DNA of 23,116 bases from Candidatus Nanohaloarchaea archaeon. GTDB lineage: Archaea; Nanohalarchaeota; Nanosalinia; Nanosalinales; Nanosalinaceae. The position numbers and the translations under genes were made by a program. The DNA is taken from NCBI GenBank assembly GCA_042217695.1, contig JBDGSE010000023.1, positions 1-23,116 on the forward strand. The letters run 5' to 3'. The notes under the pieces are model-generated. The model was not told the DNA's origin, made no database searches, and saw only the letters and a program-made list of their open reading frames with translations. How positions within the stretch are numbered: the first letter of the stretch is position 1; each line of letters starts with the position of its first letter. Shown one piece after another: positions 15,692 through 23,116 of this stretch.

Positions 15692-16692
15692 CTGGAGACG
15701 CTGTACATGGTCCACCTGCCCGAGCCCTCGGACTCAACCAGGTTGTAGTGTTCCATCTTGTTGAGGTATTTCCTGAGCATCCTCTCGCCCTTCGGATCCT
15801 CGGATCTCTCCTTGTAACGGTCGTAGAGCGTTCTCGGCTTTATCTCCTCTTCCTCCTCGATTATCTCGTAGAGCCTCTGCTGGTGGTCGTTCAGTTTCTC
15901 GACGTTCTTCTGCCTGTTGTGGTCCTTGGCCTCGGGCACCGCGTCGTTTATTATCTCGCTGGTGATCTTGTCTTTACCCTCCTCCTCGGCTGTTCTCGCC
16001 GCTGACCGGAGGATCCCTATGGCTATGCGGGCATCCCCCTCCGCGGAGAGCGCTATCTTTTTTATGCCGCTACGGTCTATAGCGCCTGGTCTGAGGCCTT
16101 TGTCCGCTCTTGCGGAGAGTATATCCTCCAGCTGGTCGGGCGAGTACTCCTTGAAACGTATCCTTTTCATCCCCATCAACCTGCTTCTCACCCGTTCGTC
16201 CATGTTGTAGAAGACGCTTTCCTCCGTGTTGGCTATCATGACCAGGTAGACGTTCGGGATGCTGTTCAGGTCGTAGAGAACTTTGTCGTCCTCCAGCTGG
16301 TCCACCTCGTCCAGTATGAGGACGTACGGGGAGTCAACATGTTTCTTCAGCCGGGTGTAGAGCTCGTCCGTTGGAGTGGACTGCCGGTGTACCTGCAGGG
16401 TTTTCCCCAGCCCCTCCAGTGCCTTGTACAGCACCTTGAAACGGTTGTAGTTCTCCCAGCAGTTTATGTACTTGTAGCGGAAGTCCAGGAGCTCTTCCTC
16501 CAGTTTCTGCAGGGTATGGCGGGAGGTGCAGGTCTTCCCGGTCCCCGGGGGCCCGAATATGAGCGTGTCCTCTCCATCCTGGTCCTGCAGCAGCGGTTCA
16601 AGGCTGTTAGATAGAGACTTGACCTCCTGATCCCGGTGGACTACCTCTTTCGGGATGAATTCGTCCCGCAGCACCCTCGCATCTGTTATCAT
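15688..16692 (-). CDS. cdc6: Orc1/Cdc6 family AAA+ replication initiator (short, 334 aa)
   Basis: VLRDEFIPKEVVHRD, Walker A GPPGTGKT, YINC, Walker B LILDEVDQL, RVRSRL, F.EYSPDQLEDILSARA, GDARIAIGILR, C-terminal wHTH. Confidence 0.95.
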   Translation of the reverse strand: MITDARVLRDEFIPKEVVHRDQEVKSLSNSLEPLLQDQDGEDTLIFGPPGTGKTCTSRHTLQKLEEELLDFRYKYINCWENYNRFKVLYKALEGLGKTLQVHRQSTPTDELYTRLKKHVDSPYVLILDEVDQLEDDKVLYDLNSIPNVYLVMIANTEESVFYNMDERVRSRLMGMKRIRFKEYSPDQLEDILSARADKGLRPGAIDRSGIKKIALSAEGDARIAIGILRSAARTAEEEGKDKITSEIINDAVPEAKDHNRQKNVEKLNDHQQRLYEIIEEEEEIKPRTLYDRYKERSEDPKGERMLRKYLNKMEHYNLVESEGSGRWTMYSVSS

Positions 16693-16742
16693 AGGTCTGT
16701 AAAGGAATTGCCGCCCATCTAATTTAAAAGGAATTCTGTGAA

Positions 16743-16994
16743 TTCCGCTAGTTCCGGTTGGATGAGGAGGCGGGCGTTATATCGCTACAGTAACCTTCAA
16801 TCGGTTCACAAGCCTCCTCAAACCGGAATCGATCTCTCGATCGGGATCCCGCGGAAGTTCTCTGAGGTTCTTCATCTCCTTTCGTCTCATGGCGAGCCTC
16901 CGCAGAAGCGGGTTGTTTTCCCCCTCCCCCTCCTGCATGCCACACTTTCTCGCCCCTTTTAAAATGGTGAACGGGGTCCGTTCCGGCACTTCCG
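16743..16994. promoter_or_regulatory. Candidate Orc1/Cdc6-binding or origin-like repeat region upstream of cdc6
   Basis: Inverted arms TTCCGGTT(GGA)TGAGGAGGC (16752-16771) and GCCTCCTCAAACCGGAA (16812-16828). TTCCG-N4-TTCCG at 16743 and 16981. Confidence 0.45.
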
Positions 16995-17122
16995 TTACTT
17001 TTTTGGTGGCTGGAGAAGCAGGAGGTTTGAATAAGTTTCGACAACTGTCTCAATACACTTTTAAACTCCTTCAGGCTCTCTACGCCGTAAAATAGTTAAA
17101 GAAGGGGTGTCCATCATGTATC

Positions 17123-17539
17123 ATGGGATCCGGGGATACGCGGACGCTTATAGAGGAAACCGTGGAGGAAAATGATGGTATAAGCTTCACGGAGTTGAAG
17201 GATGAGACGGGTCTCTGCAACGGCGTCCTGCAGTATCATATCCGGCGTTCCGATAAGATACACAAGAAGAAGAGTGCCATACTCCCTGTCGGAAGATGTG
17301 AGGAGTGCAGGTTCAACGAGATCTGCCAGGACCGTTGTGTCCACGGCGTTCTGCGGAAGGACATGAAGAGGGAGATAATTGAGCGTCTGGAGGATGGAGA
17401 GAAACAGAAAGATATAGCAGAGGCTCTTGGGCTGGATAAATCGACTGTCAGCTACCACATCCGGTATCTCAAGAATTCGGGTGTGCTGGACGAACAGAAG
17501 CAGGTAAGACAGCCCGTGAAAGCTGCGGCCGAGCTCTGA
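17123..17539 (+). CDS. Double winged-HTH transcriptional regulator with Cys-rich linker
   Basis: GISFTELKDETGLCNGVLQYHI and QKDIAEALGLDKSTVSYHIRYL HTH motifs; linker CEECRFNEICQDRC. Confidence 0.85.
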   Translation: MGSGDTRTLIEETVEENDGISFTELKDETGLCNGVLQYHIRRSDKIHKKKSAILPVGRCEECRFNEICQDRCVHGVLRKDMKREIIERLEDGEKQKDIAEALGLDKSTVSYHIRYLKNSGVLDEQKQVRQPVKAAAEL

Positions 17540-17613
17540 ATTTTTTTTGAGTTTGCCCGGCAGGAGATTTCTACGAGAAAAAACATTAAACCAGGCAGAA
17601 CGGTTTTTATCAC

Positions 17614-18600
17614 ATGGAGGTCGCCTGGTTTGACGCCGAGGAATGGGAACGCGAGTACCTGGAAGAGAAGGACCTGTCGTTTGAAATAGAGTTCTTCGAG
17701 GAACCTCTGGAGCCGGGAAATGTCGAGAAGGCGGAAGGTTTCGACGCGGTCTCCGTTTTCGTGACCTCTGAAGTGGATGAAGAAGTTCTCGAACAGCTTG
17801 ACGCTAACCTGGTCGCCTGCCGTTCCACAGGTTACGACCACGTGGATGTAGACACCGCCACGGACCTGGGGATCGCGGTCGCCAACGTCCCGAAGTACGG
17901 AGCGACTACGGTCGCGGAGCACACGATCGGTCTCATGCTGGCCATCTCGAGAAAGATATACGAGGCCATAAGAAAGGTTGACAGCGGCGAATTCGACCAC
18001 GAAGGCCTGAGAGGTTTCGACCTGGAGGGCAGGAAACTGGGGGTCATAGGCACGGGTGCGATAGGTAAACACGTTATACAGATTGCGAAAGGTTTCGGGA
18101 TGGAGGTGATAGCCTCGGATCCCCGCCCGGATCGGATGGCGGAGAACCGGCTGGGCTTCATGTACGTCTCCACGGAAGACCTTCTTAGGCAGGCGGACAT
18201 AATCAGTCTTCACTGTCCGCTGACCGAGGCCACGAGACATATGCTCTCCAGCGAGGAGTTCGAAAAGATGGACTCAACGGTGGTAATAAACACGGCTCGC
18301 GGCGAACTTATCGACACCGAGGCACTTATCGAGGCGCTGGAATCCGGGAACGTAAAGGCTGCGGGACTCGATGTCCTGGAGGAGGAGTGTTACATAGAGG
18401 ACGATATAGAGTACCTCAGCGATCTGAAGGATGAATGCGATCCAGAGGTCGTGCTCGAGGACCACATACTGATGGACCGTGACGACGTGCTTGTGACCCC
18501 TCACAACGCGTTCAACAGCGAGGAAGCTCTGCAGCGTATAGAGGAAACCACCCTGGAGAACATACGTGCAAGGAAGAACATCGTCAACCATCCAGGTTAA
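17614..18600 (+). CDS. ldhA: D-lactate dehydrogenase-like D-2-hydroxyacid dehydrogenase
   Basis: RSTGYDHVD, NVPKY, VAEH, GVIGTGAIG, ISLHCPLT, INTARG, GLDVLEEE, VTPHNAF. Confidence 0.9.
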   Translation: MEVAWFDAEEWEREYLEEKDLSFEIEFFEEPLEPGNVEKAEGFDAVSVFVTSEVDEEVLEQLDANLVACRSTGYDHVDVDTATDLGIAVANVPKYGATTVAEHTIGLMLAISRKIYEAIRKVDSGEFDHEGLRGFDLEGRKLGVIGTGAIGKHVIQIAKGFGMEVIASDPRPDRMAENRLGFMYVSTEDLLRQADIISLHCPLTEATRHMLSSEEFEKMDSTVVINTARGELIDTEALIEALESGNVKAAGLDVLEEECYIEDDIEYLSDLKDECDPEVVLEDHILMDRDDVLVTPHNAFNSEEALQRIEETTLENIRARKNIVNHPG

Positions 18601-19090
18601 GCGAGAGGAGGAGCAGGGCAGCGAACACGGTCAGCGACATCATCGGCACTGTAACGTATCCGAACTGGAACGTGTACGTTGACGAACACTCGACGAGGCC
18701 GGAACATCCGAAGGAAAGTTTCTCTATCATCTGTATAAGGTAGTGGTAGACCGCGACCGTCCCTCCCACAAGGTTCAACGGCACCAGGTAGTCGGTGACG
18801 TCCTCTTTCTCAAGCAGTAACGCTGTACCCGTGAGGAGGACCTGCGGGTAGAGAAAGATGCGCTGGTACCAGCACAGCATGCAGGGCTGCCATCCGGCAG
18901 TGTACTCCAGCAGCAGGCTCCCAAGGCTCCCGCCCAGCGAGACAAGGAACAGTAGTTCCAGCCGGTACCGGTACATCCTCTCCAGGTCCACTCTTCTACC
19001 GGCGAGATCCAGCAGCCAGATAAACAGTACCGAAACTATCAGCAGATCCGCTACAACAGTGGCCGCTGCAAATACTCGGGCAAGTAGCAC
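18584..19090 (-). CDS. dsbB: Disulfide bond formation protein B (DsbB/BdbC family)
   Basis: GSLGSL, PCMLCWYQRIFLYP, YHYLIQ, second Cys pair GCSGLVECS, FGYVTVPMMSL. Confidence 0.93.
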   Translation of the reverse strand: MLLARVFAAATVVADLLIVSVLFIWLLDLAGRRVDLERMYRYRLELLFLVSLGGSLGSLLLEYTAGWQPCMLCWYQRIFLYPQVLLTGTALLLEKEDVTDYLVPLNLVGGTVAVYHYLIQMIEKLSFGCSGLVECSSTYTFQFGYVTVPMMSLTVFAALLLLSLNLDG

Positions 19091-19189
19091 ATTTCAAACG
19101 TTCTCCCGGGATTTAAATCTGTAGCGGTTACAGACGGTTCGGTAACTGTACCACAACCTGTTTTTAACTCCTGTATCCCAGGGTTAACT

Positions 19190-19984
19190 ATGGTCGAGTG
19201 CGATTACTGCGGAGAAGAGTTCTCCTCCGAAACAGAGCTACATGCGCACTGGGAGGAACATGAAGGCGAACTGAACTCCCACGAGAAGGAAAAGATGAAG
19301 AAGGCGAGGAGGAAACTGGAGAAGGAAAAGGAAAGCAAACTGGAGAGACGGAAAAACATCGTCTTCAAGGGTTTGACTGCTGTGCTCGGCCTCGCTCTAC
19401 TCGGCTTCGTCGCGACCCAGGTAATAAGTTTCGGAGGAGGTGGCGACTACTCCCTTGAGGGCCAGCCGATGCTGGGCAACGAGTCCGCCCCGGTAACGGT
19501 AGTGGAGTTCGCTGATTACCGCTGCCCTTACTGCAAGATGTTCGAGGAACGCGTGTTCCCCAAACTGAAAGAGAACTACATCGAGACCGGAAAGGTCAAG
19601 TTCTACTTCGTGAACTTCGCCTTCCTGGGTCCCGGCTCCACACAGGCCGCGATAGCCAGCGAATGCGTCTACAACCAGGACAGGCAGGAATTCTGGGAGT
19701 TCCACGCGTATGTTTACGAACACCAGGGACCTGAGGCGCAGAGATGGGTCACGAAAGACCTTTTGATGAGTTTCGCAAGGAACGCCACAGAGGGACTGGA
19801 CTACCGGCAGCTTGAACAGTGCATCTCCAGCCAGAAGACTCTCGACGAGGTCCGGAAAGACAAGAGGATGGGGATCAACCGTGGCGTCTCCTCGACCCCG
19901 AGCGTCTTCGTCAACGGCCAGCTAGTGAAGAAATGGCGCTACAGCAACCTCAAAGAGGTTATAGAGAAAGAGCTGGGTAACTGA
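19190..19984 (+). CDS. DsbA/BdbD-family thiol-disulfide oxidoreductase with N-terminal C2H2 zinc finger and TM anchor
   Basis: GNESAPVTVVEFADYRCPYC, GVSSTPSVFVNG. N-terminal CDYCGEEF...LHAHWEEH, then a charged helix and a TM segment. Confidence 0.92.
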   Translation: MVECDYCGEEFSSETELHAHWEEHEGELNSHEKEKMKKARRKLEKEKESKLERRKNIVFKGLTAVLGLALLGFVATQVISFGGGGDYSLEGQPMLGNESAPVTVVEFADYRCPYCKMFEERVFPKLKENYIETGKVKFYFVNFAFLGPGSTQAAIASECVYNQDRQEFWEFHAYVYEHQGPEAQRWVTKDLLMSFARNATEGLDYRQLEQCISSQKTLDEVRKDKRMGINRGVSSTPSVFVNGQLVKKWRYSNLKEVIEKELGN

Positions 19985-20029
19985 TGGCTCACCAGCAGGC
20001 TTAAATCCTTCACCTCGCAGCCATTGTCC

Positions 20030-20551
20030 ATGAGCTGGAAAGAACACGTCAAACAGGAACGCAGAGAAAAGGACGACTTTCTCGAAAACCATCCCAGGTC
20101 TCCCATCCCGCGAGACGAACGCGAGGAGTTCGACGGCCTGGACTACTTCCCGTTGAAAGAGGATTTCCGCTTCGAGCTGGAGCTACACGAACACGACGAC
20201 AAGGAGACAAGAGTGATAGGGACCTCCACCGGCGGCGAAAGAGAGTACACTCGATGGGGAGAGTTCCGGTTCGAGATCGGGGGAGAGGAGTACGTTCTAC
20301 AGGCATACAAGTCGGATCCGGACGAGGAAAGACTCTGGATACCTTTCAAGGACGAGACCAACGGGGAGGAGACCTACGGCATGGGCCGGTACCTCGACCT
20401 GGAGGAGAAAAGGGGCGGTAAATGGGTACTCGATTTCAACCAGGCCTACAACCCGTTCTGCGCCTACTCAGAGAACTACGAGTGCGCCCTTATCCCGCAG
20501 GAGAACCATCTCGACGTCAGGATAGAGGCTGGAGAAAAATCCTACCACTGA
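20030..20551 (+). CDS. DUF1684 family protein
   Basis: SPIP, FDGLDYFP, LWIPFKDETNGEETYGMGRYLD, LDFNQAYNPFCAYSENYEC, IEAGEK. Confidence 0.93.
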   Translation: MSWKEHVKQERREKDDFLENHPRSPIPRDEREEFDGLDYFPLKEDFRFELELHEHDDKETRVIGTSTGGEREYTRWGEFRFEIGGEEYVLQAYKSDPDEERLWIPFKDETNGEETYGMGRYLDLEEKRGGKWVLDFNQAYNPFCAYSENYECALIPQENHLDVRIEAGEKSYH

Positions 20552-21312
20552 AGCATCTCAGGAGTCTCCGGCTCCAGGATGCGTTCCGCATCGTTTTCAT
20601 CCGTGGTGTTGTCCATGTCCAGGAGCGCCACGTTCTCCGGGTTCAGGAAACCCGGGAGAAAGTTCTTCCCAGGCAGGCGGAGCCGTGGGAAGGGCACCAG
20701 GAAACATTTCCTTCCTTTTCTTTCGTAGACCCTCCTGGCGTAGTCGCTTATCTGTATCTTCTCCGGTCCACCCACCTCGAGGATCTCGCCCCCGAAGCCG
20801 TGGAGTGAGGACTCAACTACCGCTGCCAGGTCTCCCGCGGTTATGGGTTGTACCCGGGCCTTGATCTTGGGGAAAAGCCTGGTGATGGAGAGTTTCTCCA
20901 TCATCTCCAGTAGATGGTTGCCCTCCCCCGCGACAACCGAGGGCCGGATGATGGTATGTTCCATGTCGGACTCCTCTACCAGTCGCTCTGCCTCTCTTTT
21001 GGACCTGAAGAAACTGTGGTCGACCTCCCCCACACCCAGGGCGCTTATGTATACTATTCTGTCTGCGTTCACACCCTCGACTATGTTTCTGGTGCCCTCC
21101 ACATGGACCTCACGGTAGTCCTCCGGGGTGTACATACCAGGTGCGAGCCCTACAGTGTGGATCACCGCATCGAAATCTTTCTCGATATCAAACTCCTCCG
21201 TTACATCGACCTGGTAGTCTGCGTCCCCAAGGTCCAGGGTGTACACGTTTTCATCCAGAAGTTCCTCTATCCGGGAGCCGATAAAACCTCTTCCACAGAG
21301 CAGCACTTCCAT
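20542..21312 (-). CDS. NAD-dependent epimerase / atypical SDR (NDUFA9-like)
   Basis: MEVLLCGRGFIG, VHVEGTRNIV, YISALG, SKREAE, TIIRPSVVAG, QPI, EVGGPE. ATG at 21312. Confidence 0.88.
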   Translation of the reverse strand: MEVLLCGRGFIGSRIEELLDENVYTLDLGDADYQVDVTEEFDIEKDFDAVIHTVGLAPGMYTPEDYREVHVEGTRNIVEGVNADRIVYISALGVGEVDHSFFRSKREAERLVEESDMEHTIIRPSVVAGEGNHLLEMMEKLSITRLFPKIKARVQPITAGDLAAVVESSLHGFGGEILEVGGPEKIQISDYARRVYERKGRKCFLVPFPRLRLPGKNFLPGFLNPENVALLDMDNTTDENDAERILEPETPEMLQW

Positions 21313-21387
21313 AACTCTCCCTTTGTCCCGCAACCGCTTAACTTCTTGGGGTAGAATCATAAGCATTGCCGGACTATTCCAGTCCAG

Positions 21388-22239
21388 ATGGGAATCCAAG
21401 AGTTTCTCTGGAAATATCTGGTGGGTCCCGTGATGGCGGACGCCCACAGCGCCGAGACCGCGACCTGGCACAGCGTCGTGGCCCATACCGGATACAACCC
21501 CTACAATACTGTCGCATGGGCTCTTCTCGCTACAGCCTTCGCTTACCTCATAATCCGTTCTTTCAGGCGATACGACATAGAGTTCGATAACACGACCGTG
21601 GTTTACTCGGTACCTTTCATACTGCTCGGCGGACTCCTCCGCTTCATCGAGGATGCCGCAGCCGTCCCGTTCTTCCTCCGGCCGTTCCTGATAACCCCGG
21701 CACTGTACTTCCTGGTCACGGGAGTCTACTTGGTCGCGCTCTTCACCGCCACCGCGCTAACCACGGGCAGAGAGGAAAGGGACCGCGTCTTTCTCGCGGC
21801 AGGACTGGCCGTACTCGCACCGGCAGCGGTATACACCGTTCTGGTTCTGGAAAGTCTCGGTTTCGACCTTTTCCTCGCGGTAAAGGCCCTGATCCTGACA
21901 GTGGTCCTCACATACCTCTTCAAAGTGTTCGTCTCCGGAACCGTCTACGACAGGAAAGCATACCATATCGCGGCTTACAGCCAGTTCTTCGGAGGGGTTG
22001 TCAGCATGATGAGCGTCACCCAGGGCTACACACAGAAACAGCTTCTGGCACAGGCCTTTACAGCGATTCTAGGCGCTCCCGGGATACTGGTGGCGAAAAC
22101 CGCTGTCCTCGCGGCCGCGCTCTACCTTTTGAAGGACATCGAGGACGGACCCACAGAGGCCGTGGTGGTGACCGCACTGGTCGCTATAGGCCTCGGAACC
22201 GGTCTCAGGGTCTTCCTGAGGATGCTGACAGGCGTATAA
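21388..22239 (+). CDS. DUF63 family membrane protein
   Basis: YLVGPV, GYNPYNT, PFILLGGLLRFIEDA, LITP, GLGTGLRVFLRMLTGV. Confidence 0.88.
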   Translation: MGIQEFLWKYLVGPVMADAHSAETATWHSVVAHTGYNPYNTVAWALLATAFAYLIIRSFRRYDIEFDNTTVVYSVPFILLGGLLRFIEDAAAVPFFLRPFLITPALYFLVTGVYLVALFTATALTTGREERDRVFLAAGLAVLAPAAVYTVLVLESLGFDLFLAVKALILTVVLTYLFKVFVSGTVYDRKAYHIAAYSQFFGGVVSMMSVTQGYTQKQLLAQAFTAILGAPGILVAKTAVLAAALYLLKDIEDGPTEAVVVTALVAIGLGTGLRVFLRMLTGV

Positions 22240-22355
22240 ATTAAAACCAGGGTTCTGACGGAACCGTTGGGAGCTATCCGGTTCGCTGAAGAACCAGGAC
22301 ACTCCCTGCCAGCCACTGATGTAAATAAAATAAGTATCGGAATCAATCCTAGTTT

Positions 22356-23012
22356 ATGGTAAAGGATATCCCGGAACTGATCCGAAGATTCGAGGATGAT
22401 TTCTCCTCCGAGGATAGAGTCGTTGGAGTAGGAGCGATGATCCTGCAGGGAGGGAAATTCCTTTCCGTCCTGGAGAAGAAGGATTACTGGGACAGAGGCG
22501 AAATAACACGCATAAGTTACCAGAACGTTGGAGGCCAGGTGGAGGAAGGAGAAAGCGTTTACGAAGCCTTGCGGCGAGAAGCCTCCGAAGAGATAGATTG
22601 CGGCCTGGAGATAAAAGACTCGCAAGAAACAGTTTTGACCGATGTAGACGGTTCCTGGAGAAAAGTGGGCCTTGAAGAAGAGACCTCCCCCGTCCTGGTC
22701 AGTAGAGAGAAACATGACGGAAAGCCCGGAAGGCCGGACGCCGAAGGCAATTGGTATCTTCTTGGATTCCTATTCAGGGGAGAAGTCAAGGGAACCCCGG
22801 AACCCTCCCGTGAAGTCCCCGCCCTTGCAACCCTATCTGAGGGATTACTGAAGAAAAGAGAATTCACGAAGAAGCAGCTGGTCGAGGAAGCCGGAGAGCT
22901 GATTGAGAAAGAACCTATCCCGGCAGACGCCCGCTTCTATCCAAAATTCTCTATGAAACAACTCCTGGATTACAGGGATATCCTGCCTGTTGAGAGGTTT
23001 CTAACCGATTAA
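22356..23012 (+). CDS. NUDIX hydrolase
   Basis: Nudix box GGQVEEGESVYEALRREASEEI. Confidence 0.85.
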   Translation: MVKDIPELIRRFEDDFSSEDRVVGVGAMILQGGKFLSVLEKKDYWDRGEITRISYQNVGGQVEEGESVYEALRREASEEIDCGLEIKDSQETVLTDVDGSWRKVGLEEETSPVLVSREKHDGKPGRPDAEGNWYLLGFLFRGEVKGTPEPSREVPALATLSEGLLKKREFTKKQLVEEAGELIEKEPIPADARFYPKFSMKQLLDYRDILPVERFLTD

Positions 23013-23070
23013 TCGGTGGATGCTGCCTCTCTTTCTAACTCCCTCAAGCCGCAGATCTTCCTGGTGATCT

Positions 23071-23100
23071 AAAAGACGGATTATCGTTCATCCGTCTTTT
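23071..23100. terminator. Perfect 11-bp inverted repeat between convergent genes
   Basis: AAAAGACGGAT-TATCGTTC-ATCCGTCTTTT. Confidence 0.45.
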
Positions 23101-23116
23101 TAATCAGGTGCCAGCC
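23081..23116 (-). CDS. 3' end of a probable parvulin-type peptidyl-prolyl isomerase (partial)
   Basis: Minus strand reads GWHLIKKTDER*, matching the parvulin C-terminal G(W/Y)H(L/I)IK motif. Only 11 codons are visible. Confidence 0.55.
   Translation of the reverse strand, partial: GWHLIKKTDER

Noticed and set aside
20..22867. Many long antisense or alternate-frame ORFs (e.g. 952-1617, 2289-2921, 4434-5045, 17452-18240, 22122-22715)
   Set aside because: They are shadow ORFs of GC-rich acidic genes, often Ser-rich, with no family motifs.

Overview
Gene-dense archaeal segment. The proteins are very acidic (Asp/Glu-rich), many start codons have TATA boxes about 25 nt upstream, and the tRNA genes lack CCA and carry BHB-type introns. 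This fits an extremely halophilic DPANN archaeon, probably Nanohaloarchaeota (inference). Gene order: gatA 3' end, divergent trans-prenyltransferase, gatB, YbaK/INS editing domain fused to a GatB helical/YqeY tail, nucleotidyltransferase, amphi-Trp protein, divergent PAN-like AAA ATPase, tRNA-Arg(CCT) with intron, MgtC/DUF4010, Topo-C4 zinc finger, SGNH hydrolase, trxB, tRNA-Gly(GCC) with intron, membrane hydrolase, Zn-ribbon NUDIX, tRNA-Arg(TCG) with intron, tRNA-Leu(CAG), AT-rich RelBE-like islet, glutaredoxin, two wHTH paralogues, aldo-keto reductase, short Orc1/Cdc6 with upstream repeats, Cys-cluster double-wHTH regulator, D-lactate dehydrogenase, dsbB/dsbA, DUF1684, SDR, DUF63, NUDIX and a parvulin 3' end. 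The two best leads are (1) the YbaK::GatB-tail fusion translationally coupled to gatB, a candidate tRNA-targeted proofreader for indirect aminoacylation, and (2) degenerate T-arm plus acceptor-3' copies downstream of three tRNA genes, with altered or expanded T-loops and apparent compensatory changes, set among short hairpins that resemble those in the tRNA introns.
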